From the NCBI GenBank assembly GCA_963749155.1, contig CAVVLO010000002.1:1376001-1440000 (forward strand): a stretch of 64,000 nucleotides of DNA, written 5' to 3'. Both the position numbers and the translations under genes were made by a program. Numbering within the stretch: position 1 is the stretch's first letter; each line of letters opens with the position of its first letter. Origin of the DNA: an uncultured Armatimonadia bacterium (GTDB taxonomy: Bacteria; Armatimonadota; Zipacnadia; CAVVLO01). Of the stretch, positions 63,832 through 64,000 are shown piece after piece. The notes under the pieces are model-generated. The model ran no database searches, had not been told where the DNA came from, and was given only the letters and a program-made list of their open reading frames with translations.

Positions 63832-63867
63832 GCGTATATGTGCATATGTGCATATGCGCATATGTAC
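63832..63867. repeat. Four 8-bp GCATATGT-like units forming a 36-bp alternating purine-pyrimidine tract
   Basis: gc-GTATATGT GCATATGT GCATATGC GCATATGT-ac between convergent stop codons. Confidence 0.85.
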
Positions 63868-63883
63868 CCAGGAAGAAGACTGG

Positions 63884-64000
63884 CTACAGCAGCGACTCTT
63901 CCTGCCGGAAATGCGCGGGGACGCTGACCTCGGCATCGTCTATGCCGCTTGTGCGCACCCACTCATAGGTCGCCGTGGCATCCAGCCATTTGCCCGACTG
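63884..64000 (-). CDS. C-terminal fragment of a gene entering from outside the window
   Basis: QSGKWLDATATYEWVRTSGIDDAEVSVPAHFRQEESLL-TAG with host-like codons. Confidence 0.45.
   Translation of the reverse strand, partial: QSGKWLDATATYEWVRTSGIDDAEVSVPAHFRQEESLL

Overview
A GC-rich (roughly 60% by eye), mostly core-genome window from a diderm Terrabacteria-type bacterium. An SLH-anchored OmpM-like porin, a tamB-ECF sigma-bamA-ompH-lpxD cluster, an H-X9-DG prepilin-like protein, an exosortase and tandem large membrane proteins suggest Armatimonadota or a related deep lineage (inference). It also holds lipA, a 16S rRNA plus tRNA-Ile with no adjacent 23S, rplI-dnaB-purD-purE-purF, three tandem PepSY-like exported paralogs sharing a C-terminal TM+KLRKR anchor, sugar-catabolism genes, tRNA-Leu, hflX, a thioester alpha-2-macroglobulin, an MNT/HEPN toxin-antitoxin pair, tatD, tcdA, an orphan DNA methyltransferase, TPP riboswitch-thiC-thiL, pyrE and dnaG-rpoD. 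About 13 single-base frameshifts (11 of them +1) hit otherwise intact genes and most likely reflect long-read errors. Best leads: (1) a TPP riboswitch variant with an extra hairpin in its pyrophosphate-sensing junction; (2) the constant-anchor/variable-body array, possibly exosortase substrates; (3) a 16S with compensatory changes in near-universal helices that break the 341F and EUB338 sites; (4) an A2M with a pseudopilin (GspG)-like insert. All family calls come from motif recognition; no database search was run.
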